Assembly: GCA_001003705.1 (NCBI GenBank)
Contig: LCPQ01000019.1
Coordinates: forward strand, 3,268 to 67,267
Reading direction: 5' to 3'
From: Parcubacteria group bacterium GW2011_GWA2_48_9
Lineage (GTDB): Bacteria; Patescibacteriota; Patescibacteriia; UBA10025
DNA length: 64,000 bases
The translations under genes were made by a program, and so were the position numbers. Shown here piece after piece: positions 36,800 through 46,511 of this stretch. Every line of letters starts with the position of its first letter. The first letter of the stretch is position 1. The notes below the pieces were generated by a model. That model was not told the DNA's origin. It did not search any database and was given only the letters and a program-made list of their open reading frames with translations.

Positions 36800-37804
36800 A
36801 TGAAGGTTATTCTCGCTAAACCAAGAGGTTTTTGCGCCGGCGTTGATCGGGCTATCGATGTCGTTGAATTAGCGCTGCAGGTCTATGGAAAGCCGGTCTA
36901 CGTAAAACACGCCATCGTTCATAATGACCACGTTGTTCGGGATCTCGAACAGAAGGGCACCATCTTTATTGAATCAGTCGATGAGATTCCGGAGGGCGCG
37001 CACGCCGTCTTTAGCGCGCACGGCAGTCCGCCCTCGGATTACGAAAAGGCCAAGGCGCGCAAATTAAACCTCATAGATGCAACGTGCCCGTTGGTGACAA
37101 AAGTTCATCTCGAGGCGAAACGGTTCGGGAAAGAGGGTTACATGATTATTTTGGTCGGGCACAAGGGGCATGTCGAACTCCGCGGTACGAGCGGCGAGGC
37201 CCCAGACCATACCATGATTGTCGAAACGGTTGAAGATGTTGATGCATTGAAGTTGCCTGTGCAGGAAAAAATTGCTGTCCTGACGCAGACAACGTTGTCC
37301 GTGGATGATACGAAGACAGTCCTCGACGTAATCAGGAAGAAATACCCCGGGGCGCTGTTTCCTCCTTCATCCGACATTTGTTACGCGACGACAAACCGCC
37401 AGCGCGCTGTGAAAGAACTTGCCAAACACGTACAGTTAGTTTTGGTTGTTGGTTCACACGCGAGCTCCAATACGAACCGTCTTGTTGAAGTGGCGAAGAA
37501 CCAAGGCGTGCCCGCTTACCGGATTAATTCCGCGAATGACATTGAAACATCTTGGCTGAAGGGTGTTGAGGTAGTGGGCCTGACGTCGGGCGCGTCGGCA
37601 CCCGAAGAGCTGGTCCAATCGGTAATCGAATTTCTCCGCAAGCACGGCGCTGACGAAGTCGAAGAACTTGAAGTACTCCAGGAGCGAGTCTGGTTTAACC
37701 TGCCCATGGAGATACGCGAGGCGGCAAAAGCGCGCGGTATCGATGCTTCATTAATTCAAAAACACCATATAGCACGTGGCGTGAAGATGTCTGTAAAGGA
37801 ATAG
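36800..37804 (+). CDS. ispH: 4-hydroxy-3-methylbut-2-enyl diphosphate reductase (IspH/LytB)
   Basis: MKVILAKPRGFCAGVDRAI...HNDHVV...SAHGSP...ATCPLVTKVH...TQTTLS...SSNTNRL: full-length IspH motifs including three Cys ligands. Start moved to MKVIL. Confidence 0.9.
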   Translation: MKVILAKPRGFCAGVDRAIDVVELALQVYGKPVYVKHAIVHNDHVVRDLEQKGTIFIESVDEIPEGAHAVFSAHGSPPSDYEKAKARKLNLIDATCPLVTKVHLEAKRFGKEGYMIILVGHKGHVELRGTSGEAPDHTMIVETVEDVDALKLPVQEKIAVLTQTTLSVDDTKTVLDVIRKKYPGALFPPSSDICYATTNRQRAVKELAKHVQLVLVVGSHASSNTNRLVEVAKNQGVPAYRINSANDIETSWLKGVEVVGLTSGASAPEELVQSVIEFLRKHGADEVEELEVLQERVWFNLPMEIREAAKARGIDASLIQKHHIARGVKMSVKE

Positions 37805-37878
37805 AGCAAGCCAGTATGTTCGCAAGCCGGCAAGCCCGTATTTTTATTCTACGGGCCGTGATTTCTGTCTATTCAAGG

Positions 37879-38517
37879 CTACTCGGCTGGTCCGTATGTT
37901 GCTTCCTCGTCAAGTTCAGTGACGGCTATATAGCGTTTCAGCGCCGTTCCGATTGGGTATGAAGTTTGCAACGTCAGCATGGTCCGTTCGTTGTTGTATT
38001 GATCGAGGACGGAAGTATCCTTCGGGCCCACTACTTTCGTTTCAATCACTTTATAGATAAAAAGTTCGCCTTTATCGTTGGTAATGCGTACTTCTGTTTC
38101 GAGGGGAATGTCCACGAGAGGGGCGAAAACTTTTTTGTAGTCCCCCGGCTTCCAGAAATAGTCCGACGAATGGCCAAAGATGTACGGATTGCCCGGTTCA
38201 CCCGGATTCGGCGTTTCGGGATAATGGACGACACCTCGGGACAGCGCTTCCTGGAATACAGGTTCACTGACTTCATCCACATAGATCACTGGAGCCTCTA
38301 TCTCACGGTCCTGAATGCTAATGTGGTTAGGTTCACCCGTTCCGAGAGGGATTCTGGGTGTTGGGAGTTGCCCGTTAACATTCAGTGAAAGATTCACATT
38401 TGACACTTGAAGTACTTCTGTGGATCCCCGCCATAGCACAAATATGACAGTACCCCCGATGGCGAGGAGAAAAAGGATTCCCAGTGTGATTAGTCGTACC
38501 TGTTTCGTTTTCTTCAT
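37879..38517 (-). CDS. sortase-family protein with Ser in place of the catalytic Cys (TLQTS instead of TLxTC)
   Basis: N-terminal TM anchor, sortase beta-barrel pattern (GVVHYPETPNPGEPGNPYIFGHSS...GD...ELFIYKVIETKVVGP...MLTLQTSYP...LKRYIAV). His and Arg are conserved. The Cys position reads TCA (Ser) on the plus strand (TGA at 37948-37950). Confidence 0.6.
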   Translation of the reverse strand: MKKTKQVRLITLGILFLLAIGGTVIFVLWRGSTEVLQVSNVNLSLNVNGQLPTPRIPLGTGEPNHISIQDREIEAPVIYVDEVSEPVFQEALSRGVVHYPETPNPGEPGNPYIFGHSSDYFWKPGDYKKVFAPLVDIPLETEVRITNDKGELFIYKVIETKVVGPKDTSVLDQYNNERTMLTLQTSYPIGTALKRYIAVTELDEEATYGPAE

Positions 38518-38852
38518 ATCAAAATGATTGTATCAGGAGGTCGCCCACTCATCAAGAGGTTTCATGACCGCGGACTTTAGTATATACTTTTACTAGGCGC
38601 CAATTTTCCCCGTTGACCTCTTGAGGCGTCATTTGCTCATTCGTGGCGGTTCATCCTGTCACACAGGAGGAACACATGAAAAGTCGATGTTACACAAACC
38701 AGCGCAGTCGGAGTCCCGAGATGGTGGACTATCCGAATCCGAGGGTTGTGAACACCGAGCCGTGTCGCGGTTCAACTTGGTCTATGGTGGCCAACGAATC
38801 CGCGACGAAGATGTGGGTCGGCGACGGCGGTTAGCAAGCTGCTACTACCGAG

Positions 38853-39512
38853 TTGCCGGTACGACCTGGGGGTGGATCCAATCCGCCCCCGTTTTCTTTT
38901 ATTGAAACCGCATCGCAGGCACAGAGCGTTGAGGTTGTCGCGGCAAAAGGACACGACCCGTTTTGCATTCTCATTTCGACGATGTTGAGTCTGCGCACGA
39001 AGGATGCAACGACGGCTGCGGCGTCGAAAAGGTTGTTTCGCGTTGCGGACACGCCTCGCAAGATTGTCGCCCTTTCCCATTCACGCATTGAAAAACTGAT
39101 TTACCCGGTGGGGTTTTACCATACGAAAGCGCGTAGTATGAAAAAAACCGCCCAGGTATTGCTCGAGAAGTATAGGGGAAAGGTACCAGACACCATAGAG
39201 AAGCTCGTCGAATTGCCGGGTGTTGGCCGCAAGACGGCAAACTTGGTGGTGAGCTTGGGTTTCGGCAAAGACGGCATATGCGTAGATACGCATGTTCACC
39301 GTATTTCAAACCGCTTGGGATACGTACGAACCAAAACCCCGCATGAAACTGAATTTGCCCTACGGAAGAAACTTCCTAGAAAGTATTGGCAGGACATAAA
39401 TGTGTTATTGGTCACCTGGGGCCAGAACGTTTGTGCACCGATTTCACCCCGCTGTTCTGTTTGTGCGATCAGACCGTGGTGTAAGAGGGTAGGGGTGGGG
39501 AAGTCGAGATAA
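38853..39512 (+). CDS. nth: endonuclease III (Nth), HhH-GPD with 4Fe-4S cluster; N-terminal boundary uncertain
   Basis: PFCILISTMLSLRTKD, HhH LVELPGVGRKTANLVVS, catalytic D in GICVDTHVHRISNRLG, C-x6-C-x2-C-x5-C (CAPISPRCSVCAIRPWC). The ORF-track start is a TTG that reads through a terminator-like hairpin. Confidence 0.75.
   Translation: MPVRPGGGSNPPPFSFIETASQAQSVEVVAAKGHDPFCILISTMLSLRTKDATTAAASKRLFRVADTPRKIVALSHSRIEKLIYPVGFYHTKARSMKKTAQVLLEKYRGKVPDTIEKLVELPGVGRKTANLVVSLGFGKDGICVDTHVHRISNRLGYVRTKTPHETEFALRKKLPRKYWQDINVLLVTWGQNVCAPISPRCSVCAIRPWCKRVGVGKSR
38869..38900 (+). terminator. terminator-like hairpin (GGGGGTGGAT-cca-ATCCGCCCCC) followed by TTTTCTTTT
   Basis: 10-bp stem with one G:U pair plus a T-tract. 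It lies inside the N-terminal extension of the predicted nth ORF. Confidence 0.45.
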
Positions 39513-39637
39513 AGAAAGTTAATTAGTCGATTAGTTAACCGGGTTGAGCGAGTCAGCACGTCAGCAAGCTAGCGAGCCAGCAGGATTACGACACCCTTGG
39601 AGATTGCAAAAAAACAGTTTATACTACATTCAACCCT

Positions 39638-40561
39638 ATGTCCCGAGAAGTAGTTACAATCAACAAACTGACATGGATGCACGTCGAGCAGGTCAACGAA
39701 GATGACGCGAAGTTTTTGCGCGAGCATTATAAGTTCCACCCTTTGGACATAAAGGACTGTCTCGGAGTTACCCAGCGGCCGAAACTTGATATCTATCCGC
39801 GTTACATTTTTCTCGTTTTTCATTTCCCTTATCTCGATGAAGGAAAGCGCAAAGTCCGTGTGCATGAACTGATGGTATTCGCAGGGAGACACTATCTTAT
39901 CACCGTGACGAATGAAGTGTTACCCTCCCTGAAGAAATACTGGACGAGCTTCGTATCGAAGAGTAAACGAGCCGTCGCATACGATCCTTTAAAGAATAAT
40001 TCGGGCTACCTGCTCTACAAAATCCTCGATACGATGTTTAGGGAGTCGCTCCCAATAGTTGATGCCATGGGTGAAAAGGTATCCGATCTCGAGGAGCAAG
40101 TGTACGCTGATCAGGGAAGAGACACTGTTTATAATCTCGCGTATTTGCGACGGAAGATTTTTAAGCTCCGTAGAATTCTCGAACCACAAGCGCAGATTGT
40201 CGGCAAACTGGTAGTAAACCGGCAGGAATTTTTCTCGAGGGATTTGGAAGCTTACTTCGATGACGTGCATGATTTGGTGGAGAAATCGGTCGTAGCGGTA
40301 GAATCCTTCCGAGACACACTGGAGGGGCTCCATGAGACGAACCAGTCGCTGATTTCCCAGCGGACGAATGATACTATTAAGACGCTGACGGTCATTTCTG
40401 TCGCACTGCTCCCACTCTCGGTCATCACGGGATACTACGGCATGAATGTTGTCGGTTTGCCGTTTGCGAGTCACCCGATAGGTTTGCTGATCATTACGGT
40501 CGTGCTGGTGGCAATGTTTCTGGGTGTCATAGGTATTGCACGCCAACGGCGGCTGATGTAG
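39638..40561 (+). CDS. corA: magnesium/cobalt transporter CorA
   Basis: Cytoplasmic domain plus two C-terminal TM helices with the GMN motif (YYGMNV). Confidence 0.85.
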   Translation: MSREVVTINKLTWMHVEQVNEDDAKFLREHYKFHPLDIKDCLGVTQRPKLDIYPRYIFLVFHFPYLDEGKRKVRVHELMVFAGRHYLITVTNEVLPSLKKYWTSFVSKSKRAVAYDPLKNNSGYLLYKILDTMFRESLPIVDAMGEKVSDLEEQVYADQGRDTVYNLAYLRRKIFKLRRILEPQAQIVGKLVVNRQEFFSRDLEAYFDDVHDLVEKSVVAVESFRDTLEGLHETNQSLISQRTNDTIKTLTVISVALLPLSVITGYYGMNVVGLPFASHPIGLLIITVVLVAMFLGVIGIARQRRLM

Positions 40562-40574
40562 AGAGACATTCTCT

Positions 40575-42080
40575 ATGTCACTTTTTCTTCGCGCAAAGAA
40601 ACTAGATTTCTCATCAGACAGTCATCCACCCATCGTTGTTCTTCGAGAAGAAGAGGGCGGCATTTTTGGTATCCAGCTTGGTGACCTCGTTGAGCTTGTA
40701 CTAGGCGGCGAGCGCGTCATTGCCCGCGCTTTTTTTAGCAAGAGAAAAGTCAACGCAGGCCAAATCGGTCTCTTCAGAGATTTGTGGAAGCAAAAGGGCA
40801 AGAAAGTCGCAAATGGTGATGCAGTAGAAATTCGTGAGATGTCCCGGCCTCCGTCCATCCAAGCAATAAAGAAAAAACTGCTCGGTAAAAGGTTGAGCTA
40901 TGAAGAGATACACTCGATAGTCCGTGATATTGTCGACAACCGGTTGAGCCGGATTGAATTGACCTACTTTGTGGCATCGAGCTTCATGAACCGTTATACG
41001 GATCACGAGCTGTATTTTCTTACCAAGGCGATCGCGGAAACAGGAAAGCAAATCCGTTTCCCCGCCCGCATTGTATGCGATAAGCATTCGGTTGGCGGTC
41101 TCGCCGGGAATAGGACCACGATGGTCGTCATCCCGATTGTCGCCGCCGCAGGGTTGACAATTCCAAAGACGTCTTCAAGGGCCATCACATCTCCTTCTGG
41201 AACTGCAGACACGATGGAAGTGCTCGCTCCTGTCAGCTTCCAAACTGACCAAATTAAACGAATCGTTCAAAAGACAAAAGCCTGTATGGTATGGGGAGGC
41301 GGACTTGATCTGGCGCCCGCAGACGATGAGATTATCCACGTTTCTCGTCCCATCTCCATGGAGCCATATACGAAAATGCTGGTGTCCATCATGGCCAAGA
41401 AGGTTGCGATGGGAATAACGCACGTCGTCATCGATGTGCCGTGGGGACCGACAGCCAAGATAGATACATTACACGATGCTCGTTGGGTTGCTTCAAAGTT
41501 CCGTTATCTCGGACGACGGTTTGGTATAACCATGAAGGTGGTAATTTCACACTCGAGCGAGCCGATCGGGCGCGGCATGGGCCCGGCACTTGAGGCGCGT
41601 GACGTCCTGCGCGTATTACAGCAGAAAGAGTGGCGGCCGAAGGACTTGGAAGACAAAGCAATCAGTCTTGCAGGATCAATTTTTGAGCTAACCAGACTTG
41701 CGAAGAAGGGGACGGGTTCCTCTCTCGCTCGTGACATTTTACTTTCAGGACGCGCATGGAAGAAGATGCAGGAAATCATCAAAGTGCAAGGCGGCGATGC
41801 GCATGTCGATTCCGAGGACGTCACGGTAGGCGTCAAGCGATACCGTGTACGCGCAGGTATCCCTGGCATTGTGAGTAAAATGAACAATCATGCAATAAAC
41901 GACGTCGCACGGGTATTGGGCGCTCCCTACGATAAGAAGGCGGGGTTGTTTCTCAATAAGCGTCTCGGAGAGCGATGTAGGGCGGGGGATCGTCTCTTTA
42001 CCCTCTATGCATCCAGCTCGAACCGCATCAAACTCGCATTGGAAGCGCTTCAACATACCCATATTTACTCGATTCAGTAA
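40575..42080 (+). CDS. AMP phosphorylase (archaeal-type, thymidine-phosphorylase family with about 80-aa N-terminal extension)
   Basis: Very close to characterised archaeal AMPpase over the whole length: IVRDIVD, KHSVGGLAGNRTT, VIPIVAAAGLTIPKTSSRAITSPSGTADTMEV, ACMVWGGGLDLAPADD, MGPALEARDVL. Length 501 aa. Confidence 0.75.
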   Translation: MSLFLRAKKLDFSSDSHPPIVVLREEEGGIFGIQLGDLVELVLGGERVIARAFFSKRKVNAGQIGLFRDLWKQKGKKVANGDAVEIREMSRPPSIQAIKKKLLGKRLSYEEIHSIVRDIVDNRLSRIELTYFVASSFMNRYTDHELYFLTKAIAETGKQIRFPARIVCDKHSVGGLAGNRTTMVVIPIVAAAGLTIPKTSSRAITSPSGTADTMEVLAPVSFQTDQIKRIVQKTKACMVWGGGLDLAPADDEIIHVSRPISMEPYTKMLVSIMAKKVAMGITHVVIDVPWGPTAKIDTLHDARWVASKFRYLGRRFGITMKVVISHSSEPIGRGMGPALEARDVLRVLQQKEWRPKDLEDKAISLAGSIFELTRLAKKGTGSSLARDILLSGRAWKKMQEIIKVQGGDAHVDSEDVTVGVKRYRVRAGIPGIVSKMNNHAINDVARVLGAPYDKKAGLFLNKRLGERCRAGDRLFTLYASSSNRIKLALEALQHTHIYSIQ

Positions 42081-42090
42081 GGACTTCTTG

Positions 42091-42125
42091 ACTATTAGGA
42101 GTCATTTCTGGTAAGGTGAGGTGGT
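42091..42125 (+). promoter_or_regulatory. putative promoter of the fur-family gene (TTGACT-17-TGgTAAGGT extended -10)
   Basis: Hexamer spacing read from sequence. Confidence 0.3.
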
Positions 42126-42138
42126 GAGAATCATTCTC
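42126..42138 (+). promoter_or_regulatory. Fur/PerR-box-like palindrome GAGAAT-c-ATTCTC
   Basis: Perfect 6-1-6 inverted repeat resembling half-sites of the GATAAT-N-ATTATC Fur-box family. Lies between the -10 and the start codon of the fur-family gene. Confidence 0.35.
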
Positions 42139-42152
42139 AATCTGCTTAGCAT

Positions 42153-42707
42153 ATGGTAAAGAATGAGAAAAAACCACTCAGTCAATTTCGTACCAGCAAT
42201 CAACGCCGGGTAATTTTGGAACACCTTCGGTCTGTCGATCGCCATCTCACAGCAGAGGAAATCTATCAGAGGGTGAAATCAAAACTACCTTCGGTTGGTC
42301 TCGGTACGGTATATCGTAATTTGAAGTTTTTGACACTGCACGGCTATATCGAAGAAATGGTCCCACCGGATCATGTAGCGCGTTATAGCAGCCACACGCA
42401 TTCACATCTTCATTTCAGATGTGATCGATGTGGGAGGATTGAAGATTTTGACCTGCCCGAAGAGTTTGCTCGACAGCGTGAGAGTCTTTCAACACAGGGG
42501 TATGCCGTTCGTAACACTATGGTGGAGTTTTCAGGTATCTGCCGGTCCTGTCGGAAAGAACAGGATACCACAAAAGTGCTTCCAGAAATTCTCTGTCATG
42601 CGCATCAGGAATTTTCTCTACGAGTCCCACTCTCTGTCGCGGAATGCGCACGGTGCATGTTTCGTGATACGTGCATCTACTTTGATCCATCCTTGGTCAA
42701 TAAATAA
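42153..42707 (+). CDS. Fur-family transcriptional regulator (Fur/PerR/Zur type)
   Basis: Winged-helix N-domain (LTAEEIYQRVKSKLPSVGLGTVYRNLKFL) and metal-binding HxH...CxxC motifs (HTHSHLHFRCDRCG). Confidence 0.8.
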   Translation: MVKNEKKPLSQFRTSNQRRVILEHLRSVDRHLTAEEIYQRVKSKLPSVGLGTVYRNLKFLTLHGYIEEMVPPDHVARYSSHTHSHLHFRCDRCGRIEDFDLPEEFARQRESLSTQGYAVRNTMVEFSGICRSCRKEQDTTKVLPEILCHAHQEFSLRVPLSVAECARCMFRDTCIYFDPSLVNK

Positions 42708-42719
42708 TAAAAAATATAC

Positions 42720-42944
42720 ATGACTATGAAAATACATGTCGAACGCGATCTCTGTATAGGTGCCGCCAGCTGTATAGCTGTGGCGCCTGATGTGTACGAA
42801 CTCGATGACGAAAATAAGGCCATCATCAAGAACCCGAAAGGTGCTGATGACCAGACTCTTCTCGATTCTGCAAAAGCCTGCCCCACGCAGGCAATTATCG
42901 TCCTCGACGATAACGGGAACCAGGTCTATCCGGAGAAAAAGTAA
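42720..42944 (+). CDS. ferredoxin (single-cluster 3Fe/4Fe-4S type)
   Basis: CIGAASCIAVAP...ACPTQAI is the CxxAxxC...CP single-cluster ferredoxin pattern. Confidence 0.7.
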   Translation: MTMKIHVERDLCIGAASCIAVAPDVYELDDENKAIIKNPKGADDQTLLDSAKACPTQAIIVLDDNGNQVYPEKK

Positions 42945-42954
42945 CATCGTAGGG

Positions 42955-43404
42955 ATGATGGGTGTCCACGTCGGAGATCCCGCTCCGCTTTTTTCACTCG
43001 CTGACGAACAGGGAGGTATGGTTGCTTTGAAGAACTACTATGGGGTAAAACCCGTAGTGCTTATCTTTTATCCCGGAGACGACACACCCGGATGTACGAA
43101 ACAGCTATGTGCCATCCGTGATAATTGGAAAACATTTATGAAAACCGGAGCCGCTGTGTTTGGTGTCAACCATGCGGATGCGGAAAGTCACGCTCATTTT
43201 TCTGCGAAGCACCAGTTGACGGTGCCGTTACTCATTGACACTGATAAAAAGGTGGCAAAAAGTTACGGGGCCATTAAGAAGTTTTTTTCAACAGAAGTTA
43301 TTAAACGTACCGTAGTTGTCATAGGTAGAGACGGCCTCATCGCATATTACCGGTCAGGGATGCCTTCGAATGAAGAAATCCTATCAGCTATCCACACATC
43401 ATGA
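42955..43404 (+). CDS. bcp: peroxiredoxin, Bcp-type thiol peroxidase (AhpC/TSA family)
   Basis: PAPLFSL...VVLIFYPGDDTPGCTKQLCAIRD (peroxidatic Cys in the T-P-G-C-T motif). Start moved to MMGVHVG. Confidence 0.8.
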   Translation: MMGVHVGDPAPLFSLADEQGGMVALKNYYGVKPVVLIFYPGDDTPGCTKQLCAIRDNWKTFMKTGAAVFGVNHADAESHAHFSAKHQLTVPLLIDTDKKVAKSYGAIKKFFSTEVIKRTVVVIGRDGLIAYYRSGMPSNEEILSAIHTS

Positions 43405-44138
43405 AAACACTTACGATAGACAATCTTCACGTTTCAATCGAAGAAAAAGAAATTCTCCGGGGCATATCGCTTCAGGTGAAACAGGGAGAAGTGCATGCTC
43501 TCATGGGTCCTAACGGGTCCGGTAAATCAACACTCGCCTCTACGCTGATGGGGCATCCCCGCTATGAGGTTACCGAGGGCACCATGCAGCTCGGAGACGT
43601 CAGACTGAACAAACTCGGGCCTGACAAGCGCGCGAAAGAGGGAATATTTCTCTCTTTTCAGTATCCATCAGAAATTTCAGGCGTCAGTCTTCAGAATTTT
43701 CTTCGCACCGCTTACAATAATTTGAAACGGGAAAAAGGCAAACCAGTACCGGTACTCGAATTCCGAAAAATACTTGAAGAAAAAATGAAACTCCTGGGCA
43801 TGAACCCCCTACTCGCTAAAAGGTCAGTGAACGAAGGATTCTCCGGCGGTGAGAAAAAACGTTCAGAAATTCTTCAGCTCGCGATTATTGAGCCTACTAT
43901 CGCCATATTAGATGAAACAGATTCGGGACTCGACGTTGACGCGTTAAAAGCCGTTGCCCAAGGCATCAATGCGCTCCGAGGCCCGGAGATAGGCATCGTG
44001 CTCATTACTCACTACTCACGGATTTTGAAATACATTACTCCCGATCATGTGCACATATTAGTGGGCGGAAAAATCGTAAGGTCTGGTGGAGCGGAATTGG
44101 CGCATCAGATTGAGGAAACGGGGTATGAGGGAATATAA
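43401..44138 (+). CDS. sufC: Fe-S cluster assembly ATPase SufC
   Basis: Walker [10 protein letters not shown], SufC-specific regions ([27 protein letters not shown]). Confidence 0.9.
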   Translation: MKTLTIDNLHVSIEEKEILRGISLQVKQGEVHALMGPNGSGKSTLASTLMGHPRYEVTEGTMQLGDVRLNKLGPDKRAKEGIFLSFQYPSEISGVSLQNFLRTAYNNLKREKGKPVPVLEFRKILEEKMKLLGMNPLLAKRSVNEGFSGGEKKRSEILQLAIIEPTIAILDETDSGLDVDALKAVAQGINALRGPEIGIVLITHYSRILKYITPDHVHILVGGKIVRSGGAELAHQIEETGYEGI

Positions 44139-44161
44139 GGCCGCTACCTACATCACATAGC

Positions 44162-45571
44162 ATGTCTACCAACGTCAAACAACCTGAAATAAAGGATATC
44201 GCATCCCAACAATCCGGCGCCGACCCGATCAATTATTCGTTTATGTCCGAACCCGGCATTTCAAAGAAGGTGGTCGAGCAGATTTCACATTACAAAAATG
44301 AACCCGCGTGGATGCTTGATCAACGCTTACGCGCGTTGGATATTTTCTTTGCGAAGAAGCAGCCGACGTGGGGAGCTGATCTTTCCGACATCGACTATAG
44401 TAGTATCTATTATTACCTCCGACCCACAGATAAAGTACAGAACAAATGGGAAGACCTCCCCGAGTCGATTCGAAAAACGTATGACCGCATCGGCATTCCG
44501 CAGGCTGAACGGAAGTTCCTCGCCGGAGTCATGGCCCAGTATGAGAGCGAAGCTGTCTACCATTCATTGAAGAAACAGCTGGAAGATCTGGGTGTCGTTT
44601 TTCTCGATATGGACTCCGGGTTGCGGAAGCATCCCGACATGGTTAAACAATACTTCGGGACGGTGATTCCTGCAGGCGATAACAAGCTCGCGGCGTTGAA
44701 CTCTGCCGTGTGGTCTGGTGGCAGTTTTGTATACATACCCGCAGGCGTGAGGGTTGAAATTCCGCTGCAAGCGTATTTCCGCATCAACGCCGAGCGCGCC
44801 GGCCAATTCGAACGTACGCTCATCGTTGCCGAAGAAGGCAGCTATGTCCACTACATTGAAGGATGCACGGCGCCGATATACACGACGAATTCTCTGCACT
44901 CAGCAGTCGTTGAGATAATTGTGAAAAAAGGCGCTCGTGTCCGGTACACCACGGTACAAAACTGGTCAAAGAATGTTTACAATCTCGTTACCAAACGGAC
45001 ATTCGTCCATGAGGAAGGAATGATGGAGTGGGTGGACGGGAATTTCGGAAGCAAGGTGACAATGAAGTATCCCTCAGTGTTTTTGCTCGGCAAGGGTGCG
45101 AAGGGAGATATTCTTTCTCTCGCGTTCGCCGGTGAGGGCCAGCACCAAGACGCTGGCGGCAAAGCGTTTCATGGCGCGCCCTATACCAGTTCAAAGATTG
45201 TCTCTAAATCTATCTCCAAGCTTTCCGGCCATACCTCATATCGCGGCATGGTTACCATCCCTCATGGCATGAAGGGGTGTAAGTCTACGGTCATTTGTGA
45301 TGCGCTGCTTTTGGATGAACACTCACGATCTGATACGTATCCGACGATGGACATCCGCGAGTCGGATACGCAAATCCAACACGAGGCAACTGTCGGAAAA
45401 ATCGGCGAAGAACAGCTTTTTTACCTCATGTCGCGCGGCCTCTCCCAAGCCGAAGCGATGAGCATGGTCGTATCCGGTTTCATCGAGCCCATCGCGAAAG
45501 AAATTCCTCTCGAGTATGCCGTTGAAATGAACCGGCTTATTGAGATGGAGATGGAGGGGAGTGTTGGCTAA
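44162..45571 (+). CDS. sufB: Fe-S cluster assembly protein SufB
   Basis: Full-length SufB similarity including the C-terminal beta-helix. Confidence 0.9.
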   Translation: MSTNVKQPEIKDIASQQSGADPINYSFMSEPGISKKVVEQISHYKNEPAWMLDQRLRALDIFFAKKQPTWGADLSDIDYSSIYYYLRPTDKVQNKWEDLPESIRKTYDRIGIPQAERKFLAGVMAQYESEAVYHSLKKQLEDLGVVFLDMDSGLRKHPDMVKQYFGTVIPAGDNKLAALNSAVWSGGSFVYIPAGVRVEIPLQAYFRINAERAGQFERTLIVAEEGSYVHYIEGCTAPIYTTNSLHSAVVEIIVKKGARVRYTTVQNWSKNVYNLVTKRTFVHEEGMMEWVDGNFGSKVTMKYPSVFLLGKGAKGDILSLAFAGEGQHQDAGGKAFHGAPYTSSKIVSKSISKLSGHTSYRGMVTIPHGMKGCKSTVICDALLLDEHSRSDTYPTMDIRESDTQIQHEATVGKIGEEQLFYLMSRGLSQAEAMSMVVSGFIEPIAKEIPLEYAVEMNRLIEMEMEGSVG

Positions 45572-45676
45572 AAGTTAACAGTTTGCGAGTTGCCGAGTTA
45601 CGGGTTCATTTTTCATTATACTAACTCGCGGAACACGCATAACTCGCAAACTGGGGACTGTCGAAAACACGTAACG

Positions 45677-46483
45677 ATGAATATATTCAAAACAACTTCC
45701 CGACCAAAGAAAGATCCATTGCGGCAATTTCCGGACGATCTCCTCGCGTTGAAGACGATAACGAAAACATTTTCTCAGGGGAGCAAGGAAACTGTCGAAT
45801 ACCATGCTGAAACAGGGGACCAGGATATTTTTATTACCTGCGCAGAGGGTTCACAGGTGAATGTGATGCTTATCGCAAAGGGTACAGCAGAGCAATTTTC
45901 TCGTGTCCGCATTCATGGTATTCTGGAGAAAGACGCGCATTTGCATGTTATCAGCGACGTAACAGGCGGGGCCCGAATCGAAACAGACGTGTGGATCGAG
46001 TTGAAAGGCGGCGGCGCATCAGCAATGGTATCGAGTATATTTTACGGAACCAGAGAAGCGCACCACGGGTTTCATGTCGTTATGGACCATGTGGCACCGT
46101 CTACCACAGGGGATATTTTTCTCCGCGGGGTATATCGGGACCAGTCACGCGGTGTGTTCACCGGGCTCATCCGGGTGGGCAAAGATGCCCAACAGACCAA
46201 TTCGTATTTTAAAGACGATGTACTTCTCTTCGATGGCGCGCTTGCCGAGTCGCTACCCACGCTGGAAATCCTCGCAAACGATGTAAAAGCATCGCATGGA
46301 TCGACAACAGGGAAGATAAATGATGAACAGCTTTTTTACCTCATGTCGCGGGGACTATCGAAGGAACAGGCGAGTGAGATGATTATTGGAGGATTTTTGG
46401 AGAAGGTGATGGAAAGAGTACCAGAGGTCGCGAGAGTTAGACTAACAAGACATTCCGAACTTGATTCGGAATCCCGAGGTTGA
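45677..46483 (+). CDS. sufD: Fe-S cluster assembly protein SufD
   Basis: SufB/SufD beta-helix family, shorter paralog directly after sufB ([27 protein letters not shown]). Start moved to MNIFK. Confidence 0.75.
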   Translation: MNIFKTTSRPKKDPLRQFPDDLLALKTITKTFSQGSKETVEYHAETGDQDIFITCAEGSQVNVMLIAKGTAEQFSRVRIHGILEKDAHLHVISDVTGGARIETDVWIELKGGGASAMVSSIFYGTREAHHGFHVVMDHVAPSTTGDIFLRGVYRDQSRGVFTGLIRVGKDAQQTNSYFKDDVLLFDGALAESLPTLEILANDVKASHGSTTGKINDEQLFYLMSRGLSKEQASEMIIGGFLEKVMERVPEVARVRLTRHSELDSESRG

Positions 46484-46511
46484 TAACACGAGATCCTGAA
46501 TTGAGTTCAGG

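Noticed and set aside
38869-38895. Possible tRNA-like or tmRNA 3' end (GGGGGTGGATCCAATCCGCCCCC)
   Set aside because: The stem is 10 bp, too long for a T-arm, with no acceptor or CCA. It fits an intrinsic terminator better.
38621-38905. 94-aa plus-strand ORF
   Set aside because: Gly/Arg-rich translation of a GC-rich segment that runs through the terminator hairpin. Replaced by the shorter SD-preceded ORF and the possible-RNA hypothesis.
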